Of a stretch of DNA of 48,633 nt, positions 19,701 through 29,739 are shown one piece after another (positions within the stretch are counted from its first letter, which is position 1; the number at the start of each line of letters is the position of its first letter). The DNA comes from a virus (Duplodnaviria; Caudoviricetes). The stretch spans positions 1 through 48,633 of IMG/VR virus record IMGVR_UViG_3300037295_000153, one strand, 5' to 3'. A program made the translations under genes and the position numbers. The notes beneath the pieces are model-generated. The model was not told where the DNA came from, made no database searches, and saw only the letters and a program-made list of their open reading frames with translations.

Positions 19701-22700
19701 GCCGCCAGCGGAAGTCAGGCATCAGCCGCGCTAGCTACAACTCAGGTAAGGCTTGCCGATAACTCATCATCGTCTTATATTAACACGATGAAACAACGAG
19801 CTTATCGTGAAGCAGAAGATGTAACTCAAGGTGCTGTCGATGGTGGGAGAAGTGGGCAAGGGTCGAATTCTCCATCAAAAAAGATGAAGGTAGTGGGTGA
19901 AGAATTTGTTGATGGGTGGGTTTCAGGAGTAGCTGGCAGCAAAGGGGAAGCGGTACGGGCATCTCAAGCAATGTCAGAGTCTGCAGTTCAGGCAGCAAGA
20001 TCAGGACAACTCAGCATTCTCGACATAAATAATAGTCCAGTACAGGGAGAGCTTTTCAGCACATCAGGTATGCAGGGTTCTGGAGATGGGTTTGTTCCAA
20101 ATGTAAACGGTCCAAGACAGGGTGACCAGGGGAGAATTCATAACATAGAACAGGCACACGGGGCTGCCATAGAACAAAATACGAAAAATGTTTTAAAATC
20201 TTCAGTTGCGGCAGAGTCGTTAGGAAAAGAACAGTCGAAGCTTAGGGGTGTTTCTTCAAAATTTGGAAAGACATTGACTTCAGGAGGATTAAAAGTAAAT
20301 GGAGCAATGGGGGCTGTTAGTGGAATGGCTTTTGCTGCATCCATGATGGGGGGGGGAATGGGAGAGTTTGCTCAAAAAATAATGCCAGCAGTCTTTGGTC
20401 TACAAGGATTGATTATGGCTTTGCCAATGTTAATGAATCCTATTGCCTTGGCCGCAGTTGCAATTGCTGCCGTAGGGGTAGGATTCTGGATGCTAGATAA
20501 TAATAGAAAAAATCTTCAGGAGAAAATAATAAAGTCCTCTATTGCAATGGATGGATCATCTAAAGCCTTTGATGAGCTATCAAAAGAATTAGGGGGGATG
20601 AAGCCATCAGAAAAGTTTTCAGCAATATCTTCAGGAATGTCGGGTGAAAAAAAACAAAAAGCTTTGAGTGAAGGGCAAACGTTTTTAGAGTCAGAGTCTG
20701 GAAAGTCAATGACAGAAAGAGCAAAACTTTTATCTGGAAAAGAAAGAAAGAATGCCATAGAGAGGGAGATTATACAGTCTCTTGCGTTTGACATAATTTC
20801 TCCAGAACAGGCTGAAGGTGTGGCTAGGGCAATGGGATTGGCACTAAAAGACCCAATACTTGGAGTCTCTCTGGTTTCTGGAATAAACAGCTATCTTTCA
20901 GGATCAAGTCCCGAAATCACCAAGGGTATAGAAGGAGTCACAAACTCCATAATTGAAGACGCAGCAAGGGCTATTAAAGCAGCTGATGATCTTTCAGCAA
21001 AAGAGCTAGAGCTAAAAAACCTAAACATTAAAAAGTCTCAAGCTGATTCAGTAGGTTTTTCATACTCTGATTCATCTTTTGATAAAGAGGGAGATGTAGT
21101 TATCTTCACTGACGAAGATAAAAAAAGAATGGAAGAGATTCAGAAAGAGTTTGCCACAACGGGGGATGCGGTAACGGCAAGCATTGGTCCAATGATAGAC
21201 AACTCAAGAAAGCTTGCAGAAGCACAAGCTTATCTAAACCTTCAGTGGAGAAGTGGATCTATAGATGCGGCTGGATATACAGAGGCTACAGATAGTATTC
21301 AGTTTGGTCAAGCAGCTTTAGCTGCTACTTTTTCAGAATTGCAAAAGGGAACATCTGATTCAAGTTTTTCTGAAAATTTAAAGATGGCATCTCTTGCAAT
21401 TGGAATGACCGCAGAAGATTTCTCTAGAATGGAGGACCAGGCAAGAGGGCTTGAAGAAGTATTAAAGACAACATTTGGAAAAGATAATGAGTGGGCAGAA
21501 AGTGCGTCAAACTCTTTACAGTTTGCTCTAACTAGTGGTGCTATTGACTCGGCAACCGCAGGGACTCTGCCAAAGCTTCTTGAAAACAAACAATATGAGA
21601 ACATAGTTAACCTATCCCTTGAGGGTGATGACCCAGCACTACTTGCAAATGTAGTAAAATCTTTAAATCAAATTGAAATGCTTCCAGAACCAATAAAGAC
21701 ACAAGTTTCTTCTGAATTTTTAAGCGGAGATTTTGATACCCCCGCAGAATTTAACTCTTGGATACAAAAAACATTAACCATGGCATCTTATTTTGCAAAA
21801 AGTCCAAAATTGCAGATGGAAGCTTACGTTTCTTTAAATGAAGGATCTATCACTACAGAAGAAATAACTAAACTAGAAAAGTTTTTTAATAGTATAGAAA
21901 AAAATTCAAAAATTTCTGCAATAGTAGATATTGATACTGTTGGAATTAAATCACTAGATGAGGCAAATACTCAGTGGGACGAGTTGGGAAAGAAAAAAGA
22001 AATATCTAAAGTTATAAAAATGAATGATGAATTTAGTAGCGTTGCCGATAAGTTTAAAGCACAAATGAGCATTCTTGATGGGATACCAGATATATTTAAA
22101 AAAGCGGTACTCCTTCAAATGAATGTTGTTGCCAATGCAGAGATTAACCTAGGGTCAGCACAGGATTCTTTGGCCGCAGTTCCTGAATTTGGAGATGGGC
22201 CTTCTAGTGCGGGATACTTAGCAAACATCAACAAAGAACAAGATAGAATAAAAAAGGCAATGGATTCAATTCAAAGTCTTGTAACCGAAGGAACAAAAGC
22301 AACAGTTGAAGATCCTCCGGGTGATGACGGCAGTGGAGGGTCACCTGCAAAGTCTTTTTTCCAACAACTTCTTGATGATACAAAAGCAGACCTTGCTCTT
22401 TTCCCAAAAATGCTAAACAAGCTTAAAGGAAAGGGAATTCCAGAGCAAATAATTGACATGATTGGCGGAGGAGAAGAAGGACTTAAGAAAGCAAAAGAAC
22501 TTCTCAACGTAAGCAAGAAACAACTAAAAGATCTAATCACCAGCTTTAATAAAAACCTGGTAAACCAAGCAATTAAGGCATCCAGAGTAGAAAAAAATAG
22601 AAAAAAACAAAAGAACCAAGCAATCGACATTCTCATGGCGAGAGGGATGTCTAGCGAAGACGCTGTTGACTTTGCCTCCGATGCAGGAAGAGTCCAAGGA

Positions 22701-24329
22701 CTTCTGGCAGCAGAACTAGACAAAACAGGAAAGGCTACCGAAAAGGTTGTCGGGGCCTACGAGTCAATGAAAGACGTACCAGAATACTTAGATCCAATAG
22801 AAAAAAAACTCAAAGATATTAACGATGTATACAAAGCATCGATGCTTCCTCTTCAGGAAAAAATTGACAAGCAGCAAGATATAGTTGATGCAATACAAGA
22901 AGAGTTAGATGCTCTTAAAAAAATAAACGACACTGATCAAAAGAAAACAAGGTCTCTTGAACGTCAAAAAGAAATGATTCAGAGACAAATAGAGGATCAT
23001 GAAAGAATAAACGAACTAGATCAAAGAAAAATAGACACACTGCAAAGACAAGACGAATTAAGAAATCGTGAAGCAAGTGCTATGGGCCATGAGCTAGAAG
23101 TTCTTTCTGACATGGAAAAAAAGATTCGTGAAACATATGCGGAAAGAATTGATGCACTAGAAAAGGTATCGAGCCTAAACAATAACATCGTGCAACAGCA
23201 AAAGGATCAACTTGGAGTGTCTCAGGCCTTGGCAGAAGGAGATATTTACGCCGCCACTATCGCCGTACAACAGATGAGGCAGAATCAAGTTCAGGCAGCA
23301 CAGCAACAAACAAGGGGTGCCTTAAATCAGTCAATGGAAAGTTCTGTTGATAGTCTTAAAACAAGCGGCGGCTTGACAAGAGACGAGGCAGAAGAAAGAA
23401 TTAAGCAGATAAAAGAACAGTCTTACCAAACCTCATTGCTCATCAGGGATGTCGAAGATAAAATATTTAGTAACAACCTGCTTCTAATTCCTCTAAAGGA
23501 TCAGCTATTGTTAAGGGATAGAGAGATACGAAACATTGCAGATGTCATTTACGACAGAGAGACACAAATACTTAAGATAGAAGAGAGCAAGCTCGAACCA
23601 GCCGCAAAACTGTTGGAAAGTTACTCAGAGCAAGCACAAGAAAAGAAAAAGCAACTTGACATAGACTCAGGATTAATTGATGGGGCAAACCTGTTGTCAG
23701 AAATGACAGATGATCAAATTGAAAGAGCTGGTCTTTTAGGATCTGCTTGGTATGAAGTGGGGAAGCAGATTGATCAAGCCATGAAGCTAGCAGCAAGGCA
23801 AAAGGTAGAGCTAAACAACGTCAAGCCAATGGACAAAACAAAGAAGAACTATGACTCAAAAATAGCCCAACATAACCTAAAGGTAGAGAGAATAAATAAA
23901 AGATTAGATTCAACCGTGGACGCAATCCTAGGTTCAGGACAGGATGCACTTAACAAGAATATGGGTGGGAGAATTATGAACAAGGTTGCTGGAAGCATCC
24001 CTGGTTCTGGAGGAAGAGACTCTATAAGTGCAATGCTGACACCAGGAGAGTTTGTTGTTCGTAAGTCTATGGTGGAAAAGTATGGAGCCCCAATGCTTAA
24101 GGCAATAAATCAAGGATCGTTTGTCATGCCAAAATATATCTCAGGTCCAGATACCCCTAGCATTAGCAGCAAGGGTGGTGCATCTACAAGCATTAACGCT
24201 CCAGTGTATAATAACTTTAGCGTCAGTGTGAGCGCAACAACAAACGCCAACGCTGACGACATAGCAAACAAGGCTGTCATGAAAATTAAACAAATGCAGA
24301 ATATGCAAGTGAGGAGCAATCGTGGCTAG
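16782..24329 (+). CDS. tape measure protein
   Basis: 2515 aa, Ala/Gly-rich helical; N-terminal TP901-like core (AAEGANALKSGLASLINP), hydrophobic segments, coiled coil; after chaperones; TGGTATAAT at 16754. Confidence 0.93.
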   Translation: MANDVNANINIGVDSTQALASLRSLQSQISTFNKSVIASNASAIAAQKGAVAGLAAQIGATKQFSTSIVNVESSVSRLGRSIDSNRLSLGQYFRYGIASSKTFGSVFKKEHIEMTAVASSRVKALQTQYIALAASQNGLTKSMAVRPLNLFNASTAIATQRQMLFGKMLRDGSTALVNFGKNTQWAGRQLMVGFTVPLTIFGGIAGKIFMDLEKQIVNFRRVYGDATTPLEETNGMIEQIKELGSEFTKYGIAVKDTMKLAGDAAAAGASGDDLVAQTVGATRLSTLGMIDQQQALTATIALQSAFKLSSDELNESVNFLNAVENQTVLSLDDVTIAIPKVATIIKGLGGDVQDLSVFLAAMREGGVNAAEGANALKSGLASLINPTKGARDQLEAVGINIDSIINANKGDIRGMVMSFGEALGTLDKFSKQQTLAKVFGKFQFARLGALFENINEDGSQAQRVIDLTGQSVEQLAELADKELGAIEDSIGVKFTGALERLKLAIAPIGEMFLRIATPIIEVVTRLLSKFDDLSPGVKTFITVLMAGVGIVVPSVIMLIGLFANFIGQAVKGAAMFNNFFNRIRGGGSDLKYLSSAELDAAAAAASLEGKTTSLTNALNLQKTSVMNLSRAYQNYAASAVSTAAIIPRGFSGGAPGAAPRRMATGGFVAGRGNKDTEPALLTPGEFVINAESSKRFGPLLTSINEGNFGMFNEGRTFGKRSFDVGGESISLSVANKSTEAAINRRIAEASGIGESALRALGRELNQLVNEVGLLTPQIDSALRAAPELSGMRSIKDKNYSAPEFIRKQTAGLGWESKSKEIEAIQSRVAQKWNQYGGATEKQLGNMASVQASHLTKMEDSFGGKIWSPKNLTPDLGAINNYLNRVESMTLDTANGSEVMSELVKATGMEYQEVLSEVQRLQQGIHPQTRESFEVLDALAGLDEQYSLQEIQAREQTGLSQKRTGQMKNALGVNAASGSQASAALATTQVRLADNSSSSYINTMKQRAYREAEDVTQGAVDGGRSGQGSNSPSKKMKVVGEEFVDGWVSGVAGSKGEAVRASQAMSESAVQAARSGQLSILDINNSPVQGELFSTSGMQGSGDGFVPNVNGPRQGDQGRIHNIEQAHGAAIEQNTKNVLKSSVAAESLGKEQSKLRGVSSKFGKTLTSGGLKVNGAMGAVSGMAFAASMMGGGMGEFAQKIMPAVFGLQGLIMALPMLMNPIALAAVAIAAVGVGFWMLDNNRKNLQEKIIKSSIAMDGSSKAFDELSKELGGMKPSEKFSAISSGMSGEKKQKALSEGQTFLESESGKSMTERAKLLSGKERKNAIEREIIQSLAFDIISPEQAEGVARAMGLALKDPILGVSLVSGINSYLSGSSPEITKGIEGVTNSIIEDAARAIKAADDLSAKELELKNLNIKKSQADSVGFSYSDSSFDKEGDVVIFTDEDKKRMEEIQKEFATTGDAVTASIGPMIDNSRKLAEAQAYLNLQWRSGSIDAAGYTEATDSIQFGQAALAATFSELQKGTSDSSFSENLKMASLAIGMTAEDFSRMEDQARGLEEVLKTTFGKDNEWAESASNSLQFALTSGAIDSATAGTLPKLLENKQYENIVNLSLEGDDPALLANVVKSLNQIEMLPEPIKTQVSSEFLSGDFDTPAEFNSWIQKTLTMASYFAKSPKLQMEAYVSLNEGSITTEEITKLEKFFNSIEKNSKISAIVDIDTVGIKSLDEANTQWDELGKKKEISKVIKMNDEFSSVADKFKAQMSILDGIPDIFKKAVLLQMNVVANAEINLGSAQDSLAAVPEFGDGPSSAGYLANINKEQDRIKKAMDSIQSLVTEGTKATVEDPPGDDGSGGSPAKSFFQQLLDDTKADLALFPKMLNKLKGKGIPEQIIDMIGGGEEGLKKAKELLNVSKKQLKDLITSFNKNLVNQAIKASRVEKNRKKQKNQAIDILMARGMSSEDAVDFASDAGRVQGLLAAELDKTGKATEKVVGAYESMKDVPEYLDPIEKKLKDINDVYKASMLPLQEKIDKQQDIVDAIQEELDALKKINDTDQKKTRSLERQKEMIQRQIEDHERINELDQRKIDTLQRQDELRNREASAMGHELEVLSDMEKKIRETYAERIDALEKVSSLNNNIVQQQKDQLGVSQALAEGDIYAATIAVQQMRQNQVQAAQQQTRGALNQSMESSVDSLKTSGGLTRDEAEERIKQIKEQSYQTSLLIRDVEDKIFSNNLLLIPLKDQLLLRDREIRNIADVIYDRETQILKIEESKLEPAAKLLESYSEQAQEKKKQLDIDSGLIDGANLLSEMTDDQIERAGLLGSAWYEVGKQIDQAMKLAARQKVELNNVKPMDKTKKNYDSKIAQHNLKVERINKRLDSTVDAILGSGQDALNKNMGGRIMNKVAGSIPGSGGRDSISAMLTPGEFVVRKSMVEKYGAPMLKAINQGSFVMPKYISGPDTPSISSKGGASTSINAPVYNNFSVSVSATTNANADDIANKAVMKIKQMQNMQVRSNRG

Positions 24330-24954
24330 TAGTGGGTATATGTCTGGAAGGAAGGCATACTTAAAGGGGGCAAGCCGCCCCCAGGCAATTCTTTTGTCAA
24401 ACAACTCAGGAACGCTTGACAGTGGTCAATATGTACCAACAGGCATTGAGGGGGAAGATTTTATCATACTTACCGATGGAAATAGATCAGAAATATCTAT
24501 AACACCTCAAAGAATTGAGTCACGACAAAGAATGGTAAACGGAAATATGCGTTCGTATTGGACGGCAGATAAGCTAAACCTAACCACCTCCTGGGCGAGA
24601 ATACCATCTAGGGCATTTTCTGGAGAAGTTTCCTTTGACAACACAACTGGTCAAGTGGTTGAAGATGCATCGACATATTCAATGTATACCGTTGATGGGG
24701 GTGCTGGTGGTGTTGACATTCTGTCTTGGTATGAAGATCATACTGGACCGTTTTATGTTTTTCTTGCATATGACAAGTTTAGGGTTAATGGAGTGGAAAA
24801 CTTTAATAGGCTTGGGGGGTACAATCAAGTGTTAAAAATGTTCATATCTTCCCTTGACTACACTATCGAAAAAAGAGGCGGAACTTGGTCAAGCGGGGGG
24901 ACTTCAACTGGATTTGACTTCTGGAACATCAACCTATCCTTGGAAGAAGTTTAA
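24322..24954 (+). CDS. distal tail-like protein
   Basis: Directly after tape measure; RMVNGNMRSY, ends NLSLEEV. Confidence 0.65.
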   Translation: MASSGYMSGRKAYLKGASRPQAILLSNNSGTLDSGQYVPTGIEGEDFIILTDGNRSEISITPQRIESRQRMVNGNMRSYWTADKLNLTTSWARIPSRAFSGEVSFDNTTGQVVEDASTYSMYTVDGGAGGVDILSWYEDHTGPFYVFLAYDKFRVNGVENFNRLGGYNQVLKMFISSLDYTIEKRGGTWSSGGTSTGFDFWNINLSLEEV

Positions 24955-27900
24955 TGTTTAAATCGGAAGAGCTTGCCAATCACTTAAAGACATCAGATAC
25001 TGTTCAGGTAGAATCGGCGGTATATGCTGAGTGGAACATGAATCAGCCTGATAACATCGCTAGGCTTGGAAACTACAGATACAGGCCAACGTACACCGCA
25101 TCTCAATACTACTTGCTACCAATGAGCTATGACTCATCAGACATTGGAAATTACTATACTGGAGCAACTGACGCAGATGTTGCCATTAGCAGTGGATTTG
25201 ACGATGACGATCAACCAACTCTGTTTATCTCACAAAAAGAAAAAATGAAACTTCTATATTCACTTGAAGAGTGCATAAAGCCCCACAGACCAAGGTCTGG
25301 AATAAACAAGCCTTTGTACCTTGGAAGTTCCGGCAGCTCCTATGAATCTTCTCAATACATCACAAACCCATCTCCAATAAACAAGGAGACGGGGGTACAA
25401 GAGGTAAATCAATCTTACATAGTCAGAAGACCTAGATACTACATGTCTCACAAAGATGACTTGTTTAAATATTGGACATCCTATAGAACTGAGTATGGAC
25501 TTCCCACCCCAAGAATAGGTGAGTCGGATGCTGCGACTTTAAGGCAGGTAGAGCGGGGAATATCCTTTACAGACAACAATACCCACTATATAGAAGATGC
25601 AGTCCCATTTGTCGTCTATAAGGATCGGGTACCATCAAACAAGATAGTCATAAAGGTTCAAACAAACGTCGGAGACATAGATCTTGGAAACTTGAGATAT
25701 GGTGATGAATCAATACCCGATCCAATGTATGGAGATTTAAATAAGACTACCCCAACATCATGGAGAATTGAAAAACTAAATCAGGATAGTAGTTGGGAAG
25801 AAATAGAAAGCTTTGGAGCAAACTCTTCGAGAGATGACGGCTCCGCGATCCTGGGACCAGACGGGATATTAGAGGTTTCCTATGGACTAAACGTACCAGA
25901 AGAGTATCAGGGAATTTTTATATTTGCAGATACAATTTCTAGCAGCACCCTTCTTCCAAGCAGTGCCCCAGAGGGCTACTCTTATTTGGTAAAAGAGACA
26001 GATCACGAACTGGGAATGATGTATGTTTATATAAACTCTCTGTGGGAGAGCTTTGCCCCAGATTACTCCTGGAAGGTTTCAAGCGAAGAGATAAACTACA
26101 ACAGCAAGTTTGTGAGTAATACCTCAAACCCAGATTACTTTTTTGATTCTAATGGTGTAAAAAAGTTTAGGGAGTTTGAGTGGATAGGGGGAATAAGAAT
26201 TGTTGTTCAGACAATGAACAAAAATAACTGTACCCTTGACCTAATTGAGTTTTCTCCAAGACTTCTTGTTGATATTAGTGATTCTGTTTCCTCTTTTTCA
26301 ATTACAAAAACAATGTCAGATTTAGGAAACAGCTCTTTGCCAGTAAGTGGGCTGTCCGTTTCAACAGGTTCCTTGGAAATTTTCGACGTTGACTTTTCTT
26401 TTAACCAAAATAATAACTTTGATTTTGACTTAAATACGGGAAGCATTCTTTCCCCCTACCTAGACATGCCCATAAAGTTTTTATTCTATGATATTACAAA
26501 AAATGTAAACGGAATAGATTATTTTATTCCAATAAAAACTATGTATTCGGAGTCATTCCCTCAAGTAACAGGATCGGCTTCGACCGTTAATATTCAAATG
26601 AGAGACCTATTCTTTTTTCTTGAATCGATGCCCGCCCCTGAAATATTACTTACTGACACTTCCTTAAGCTCAGCGATAACCGTCCTTCTTGATTACGCTG
26701 GTTTTTCAAATTACAACTTTAAGAGAATTACAGGATACCCAGAAATAATAATTCCATTTTTCTTTGTTGAGCCAAATCAAAACATTGCAGAGATATTGCA
26801 AAAGTTGGCGGTGGCCAGCCAGTCAGCAATGTTTTTTGATGAATACAACAATTTAATAATTATGTCAAAAGAATACCTACTACCCAACACGGAAGAAGAA
26901 AGGGCAACTGACAACACCCTTTATGGACAAGTTGAGGGGGATAACCTTCCGAACATTATAAATCTGTCAGCACAAGACAAGCTGGTTTACAATGATGGTC
27001 AGGTTAACTACACAACTAGATACATTCAAAGGTCTATTGGGTCTACTCAAACAGCACAGAAGATTGATCAGTATAAACAGTTTGTGTACAAGCCCGTTCT
27101 TTTGTGGGAAGTTCAGGGGAGAGAATCAAGGCAAACCCTCAACCAGATAGGGGCACAGAATGCAGGATACACCCTGGGGGCGGTACCATTAAACTCAGAC
27201 CTATCAGAAGATCTCCCCTACGTCCTTGGAAACATCATATACAATGACATTATTGACGTTGGGGAAAATGTGTATTGGATTCCATCATATTCAGGATACT
27301 TTTATGCTAGTGGAGAGATTATTAGATTTGAGTCAATAGAGTATGCCGTATCAGGACAAGCAAGCCCTGTATGGATAAATAATAATCAAGAGTATCAAAA
27401 CTATATGTCTGCACTCACGTTTAATGGGAAGATGTATCCAACAGGAAACGTAAGAATCTACACAAAGCCGGGTTATGAGCTTGTGGATGGGGTGTCCAGC
27501 ATGACGGATGGAGTGATTGTTAATAACGGCAGGGGTCAGTTTGGGACACCAGTTGCATCTCACAATGCTGGATTAATCAATGACAACTATTGGACAAATA
27601 ATGATTATGTCCGTGGCTGTATTATGGATGCATCAAAGTACTTGTTTACCACTGGATCTTACATAGATTATCCTTCAGGACTTTCTCAAGGGGTTGCCGG
27701 AAAGATCAAGAATGAACCTTACCTTGACGCAGACATCCTTTCACAATCATCAACCAGGAACGGAGTAATTAAAAACTTTCTTGCAGATAGATATGCTACA
27801 GAAGAAGAGATAAACTACTATAAAACAACGGGACCAGGAACAGTTCAAACCTCTGCCCTAATACTCAACGGTCCAAGGTTTGATGAAAGCTTTGCTCCAT

Positions 27901-29738
27901 CTTCCTTTGTATCCTACGTCTACAAAGACTTTGTTGATCAAGGTGGCCAGGCAGTTCCATACAAGCACTTTGGGACAAGAATGAGGATAATTGGAAAGGT
28001 GGAGTCTGGAACTAATAATTCTCAAACACCCATAGGTGGGTATCCGATGTTTGAGGGGGTGTCCGGTGGACATCTGTATGAATCCTCCGGATCGATATCA
28101 CAAACTTCACCAGAACAGCAGATAAAAATTTATGGAGGATCTGGTGGGGTCGGATTTGGAATAAACAAGACAACAAATAATGGATATTTTTTTGAGATTG
28201 TAGCTCTTACGGCAGATAATGTTGATTCCTATGCTTCAAACAACAGCTCTGGAGTGAAGTCTGCAAACATATTAATTTCCCCAGCAGCTACCTGTGTTGC
28301 CAACACCGTAACTGTTTACACAGAAAATCAGTTTGACTTCCAGGTGGGAGAATTGGTTACGGTTTTGGGTCTGGTTGATGCAAATGACCCAACAAACACA
28401 AGAACTCCTCTAAACGGAGAATACTCAATCACTGCAATAAACACAAACAAGAAATCATTTCAGTATGTAGTTAGTCCATCATCCCCCCTCACAACAACAG
28501 CATCGACGGGAGGAAATGCATCTCAATCTATTGCAGAATACACAAACATCTCAAACATATACTTCTATAAAGTTCTTTCTGATGGAAATGGAAATGCGGT
28601 ACCCGTAAAACTTTGGTCCGGTCTTGGTCAGATTAACGTTGACGGTGGAGAGTTTATCGGTCAGAATAGGTTAGCGGGAGAGTCGTCTACAACGGTATAC
28701 GACCTCGCTGCGGAATATGTGAATGTTGGAACAGCAAGAAGATTTTTTCTATACTTAAATGGAAAACAAGTTGCAACAGTTGACGATACAGATCCTCTAC
28801 CCGAGTATAACAACATGGCAATATTCTCTAGAGGGTCTTCGAGATGCATGTTTGAAAATGTATATGCACTGGCAAGCAACTATTCAGAAAACACAACCTT
28901 CACCCTTGACACCGGAATATCAAAAATATTTGGAGATTCAGAGGTGAACGCAACAGAAGCACTAAGAAAATATGCAATAAGTGGAATAATTCAGAAGACC
29001 TATCTGTCTGGAATTAGTTCGAGCGAACCACCAAAGCATAAGATTTATTTTGAAGAATTTGGAACAATACTGAGGGAGATGTCCCACTTTAACGTTAAAT
29101 ATGACAGAGCTTATCCAGCACTGTATGCAAAGCTTATGAAAATTCTAAACAGGTATCAGGGCTACTCTGTCTCCGGATTCTATGCTGGTTCGTATGGAGC
29201 GGATTTTTTAATTTTTAACTGCACAGACTTCTTATTAAATCTTGACGATACATCCGGAAACTATTTAAGAATTCAGGGAATAGCCTTTACTCAGGACACA
29301 ACCTATAGCCTAACAGTAGATGACTACTACAAGAAAAAGTCTATTCTCAAGAACACGGAAGTCGGATCATCCTCAACCATATTCAATCCACTTAGAGTTA
29401 TAGATGAGTATGACAAGATTAAAAACTCTAGAATTAAGTATGGAATAAAGCAGTTTTCGGCAATAGACAGTCCATACATCCAAAGTACCGATGTTGCGGA
29501 GAGCATTTTTGGTTGGGTAATAGACAAAGTTCGATCCCCCAAAAAATCTGTCGGGATAAACACTTTTGCCACCACAAACCTGCAGCTTGGAGACATTTTA
29601 ACAATCGATTACAAGGATAGTCAGGGCGGCTTGATTGACATAATATCTCCAGACAATACAAGGTTTGTCGTGTACAATATGGAATACAAAAAGGATGATT
29701 CCGGACTTACAACTACGTTATACTTGGTAGAGGTATAA
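24954..29738 (+). CDS. large tail tip/baseplate hub-like protein
   Basis: 1594 aa; ILQKLAVASQSAMFFDEY and LQLGDILTI hub-like motifs; synteny. Confidence 0.7.
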   Translation: MFKSEELANHLKTSDTVQVESAVYAEWNMNQPDNIARLGNYRYRPTYTASQYYLLPMSYDSSDIGNYYTGATDADVAISSGFDDDDQPTLFISQKEKMKLLYSLEECIKPHRPRSGINKPLYLGSSGSSYESSQYITNPSPINKETGVQEVNQSYIVRRPRYYMSHKDDLFKYWTSYRTEYGLPTPRIGESDAATLRQVERGISFTDNNTHYIEDAVPFVVYKDRVPSNKIVIKVQTNVGDIDLGNLRYGDESIPDPMYGDLNKTTPTSWRIEKLNQDSSWEEIESFGANSSRDDGSAILGPDGILEVSYGLNVPEEYQGIFIFADTISSSTLLPSSAPEGYSYLVKETDHELGMMYVYINSLWESFAPDYSWKVSSEEINYNSKFVSNTSNPDYFFDSNGVKKFREFEWIGGIRIVVQTMNKNNCTLDLIEFSPRLLVDISDSVSSFSITKTMSDLGNSSLPVSGLSVSTGSLEIFDVDFSFNQNNNFDFDLNTGSILSPYLDMPIKFLFYDITKNVNGIDYFIPIKTMYSESFPQVTGSASTVNIQMRDLFFFLESMPAPEILLTDTSLSSAITVLLDYAGFSNYNFKRITGYPEIIIPFFFVEPNQNIAEILQKLAVASQSAMFFDEYNNLIIMSKEYLLPNTEEERATDNTLYGQVEGDNLPNIINLSAQDKLVYNDGQVNYTTRYIQRSIGSTQTAQKIDQYKQFVYKPVLLWEVQGRESRQTLNQIGAQNAGYTLGAVPLNSDLSEDLPYVLGNIIYNDIIDVGENVYWIPSYSGYFYASGEIIRFESIEYAVSGQASPVWINNNQEYQNYMSALTFNGKMYPTGNVRIYTKPGYELVDGVSSMTDGVIVNNGRGQFGTPVASHNAGLINDNYWTNNDYVRGCIMDASKYLFTTGSYIDYPSGLSQGVAGKIKNEPYLDADILSQSSTRNGVIKNFLADRYATEEEINYYKTTGPGTVQTSALILNGPRFDESFAPSSFVSYVYKDFVDQGGQAVPYKHFGTRMRIIGKVESGTNNSQTPIGGYPMFEGVSGGHLYESSGSISQTSPEQQIKIYGGSGGVGFGINKTTNNGYFFEIVALTADNVDSYASNNSSGVKSANILISPAATCVANTVTVYTENQFDFQVGELVTVLGLVDANDPTNTRTPLNGEYSITAINTNKKSFQYVVSPSSPLTTTASTGGNASQSIAEYTNISNIYFYKVLSDGNGNAVPVKLWSGLGQINVDGGEFIGQNRLAGESSTTVYDLAAEYVNVGTARRFFLYLNGKQVATVDDTDPLPEYNNMAIFSRGSSRCMFENVYALASNYSENTTFTLDTGISKIFGDSEVNATEALRKYAISGIIQKTYLSGISSSEPPKHKIYFEEFGTILREMSHFNVKYDRAYPALYAKLMKILNRYQGYSVSGFYAGSYGADFLIFNCTDFLLNLDDTSGNYLRIQGIAFTQDTTYSLTVDDYYKKKSILKNTEVGSSSTIFNPLRVIDEYDKIKNSRIKYGIKQFSAIDSPYIQSTDVAESIFGWVIDKVRSPKKSVGINTFATTNLQLGDILTIDYKDSQGGLIDIISPDNTRFVVYNMEYKKDDSGLTTTLYLVEV

Positions 29739-29739
29739 T

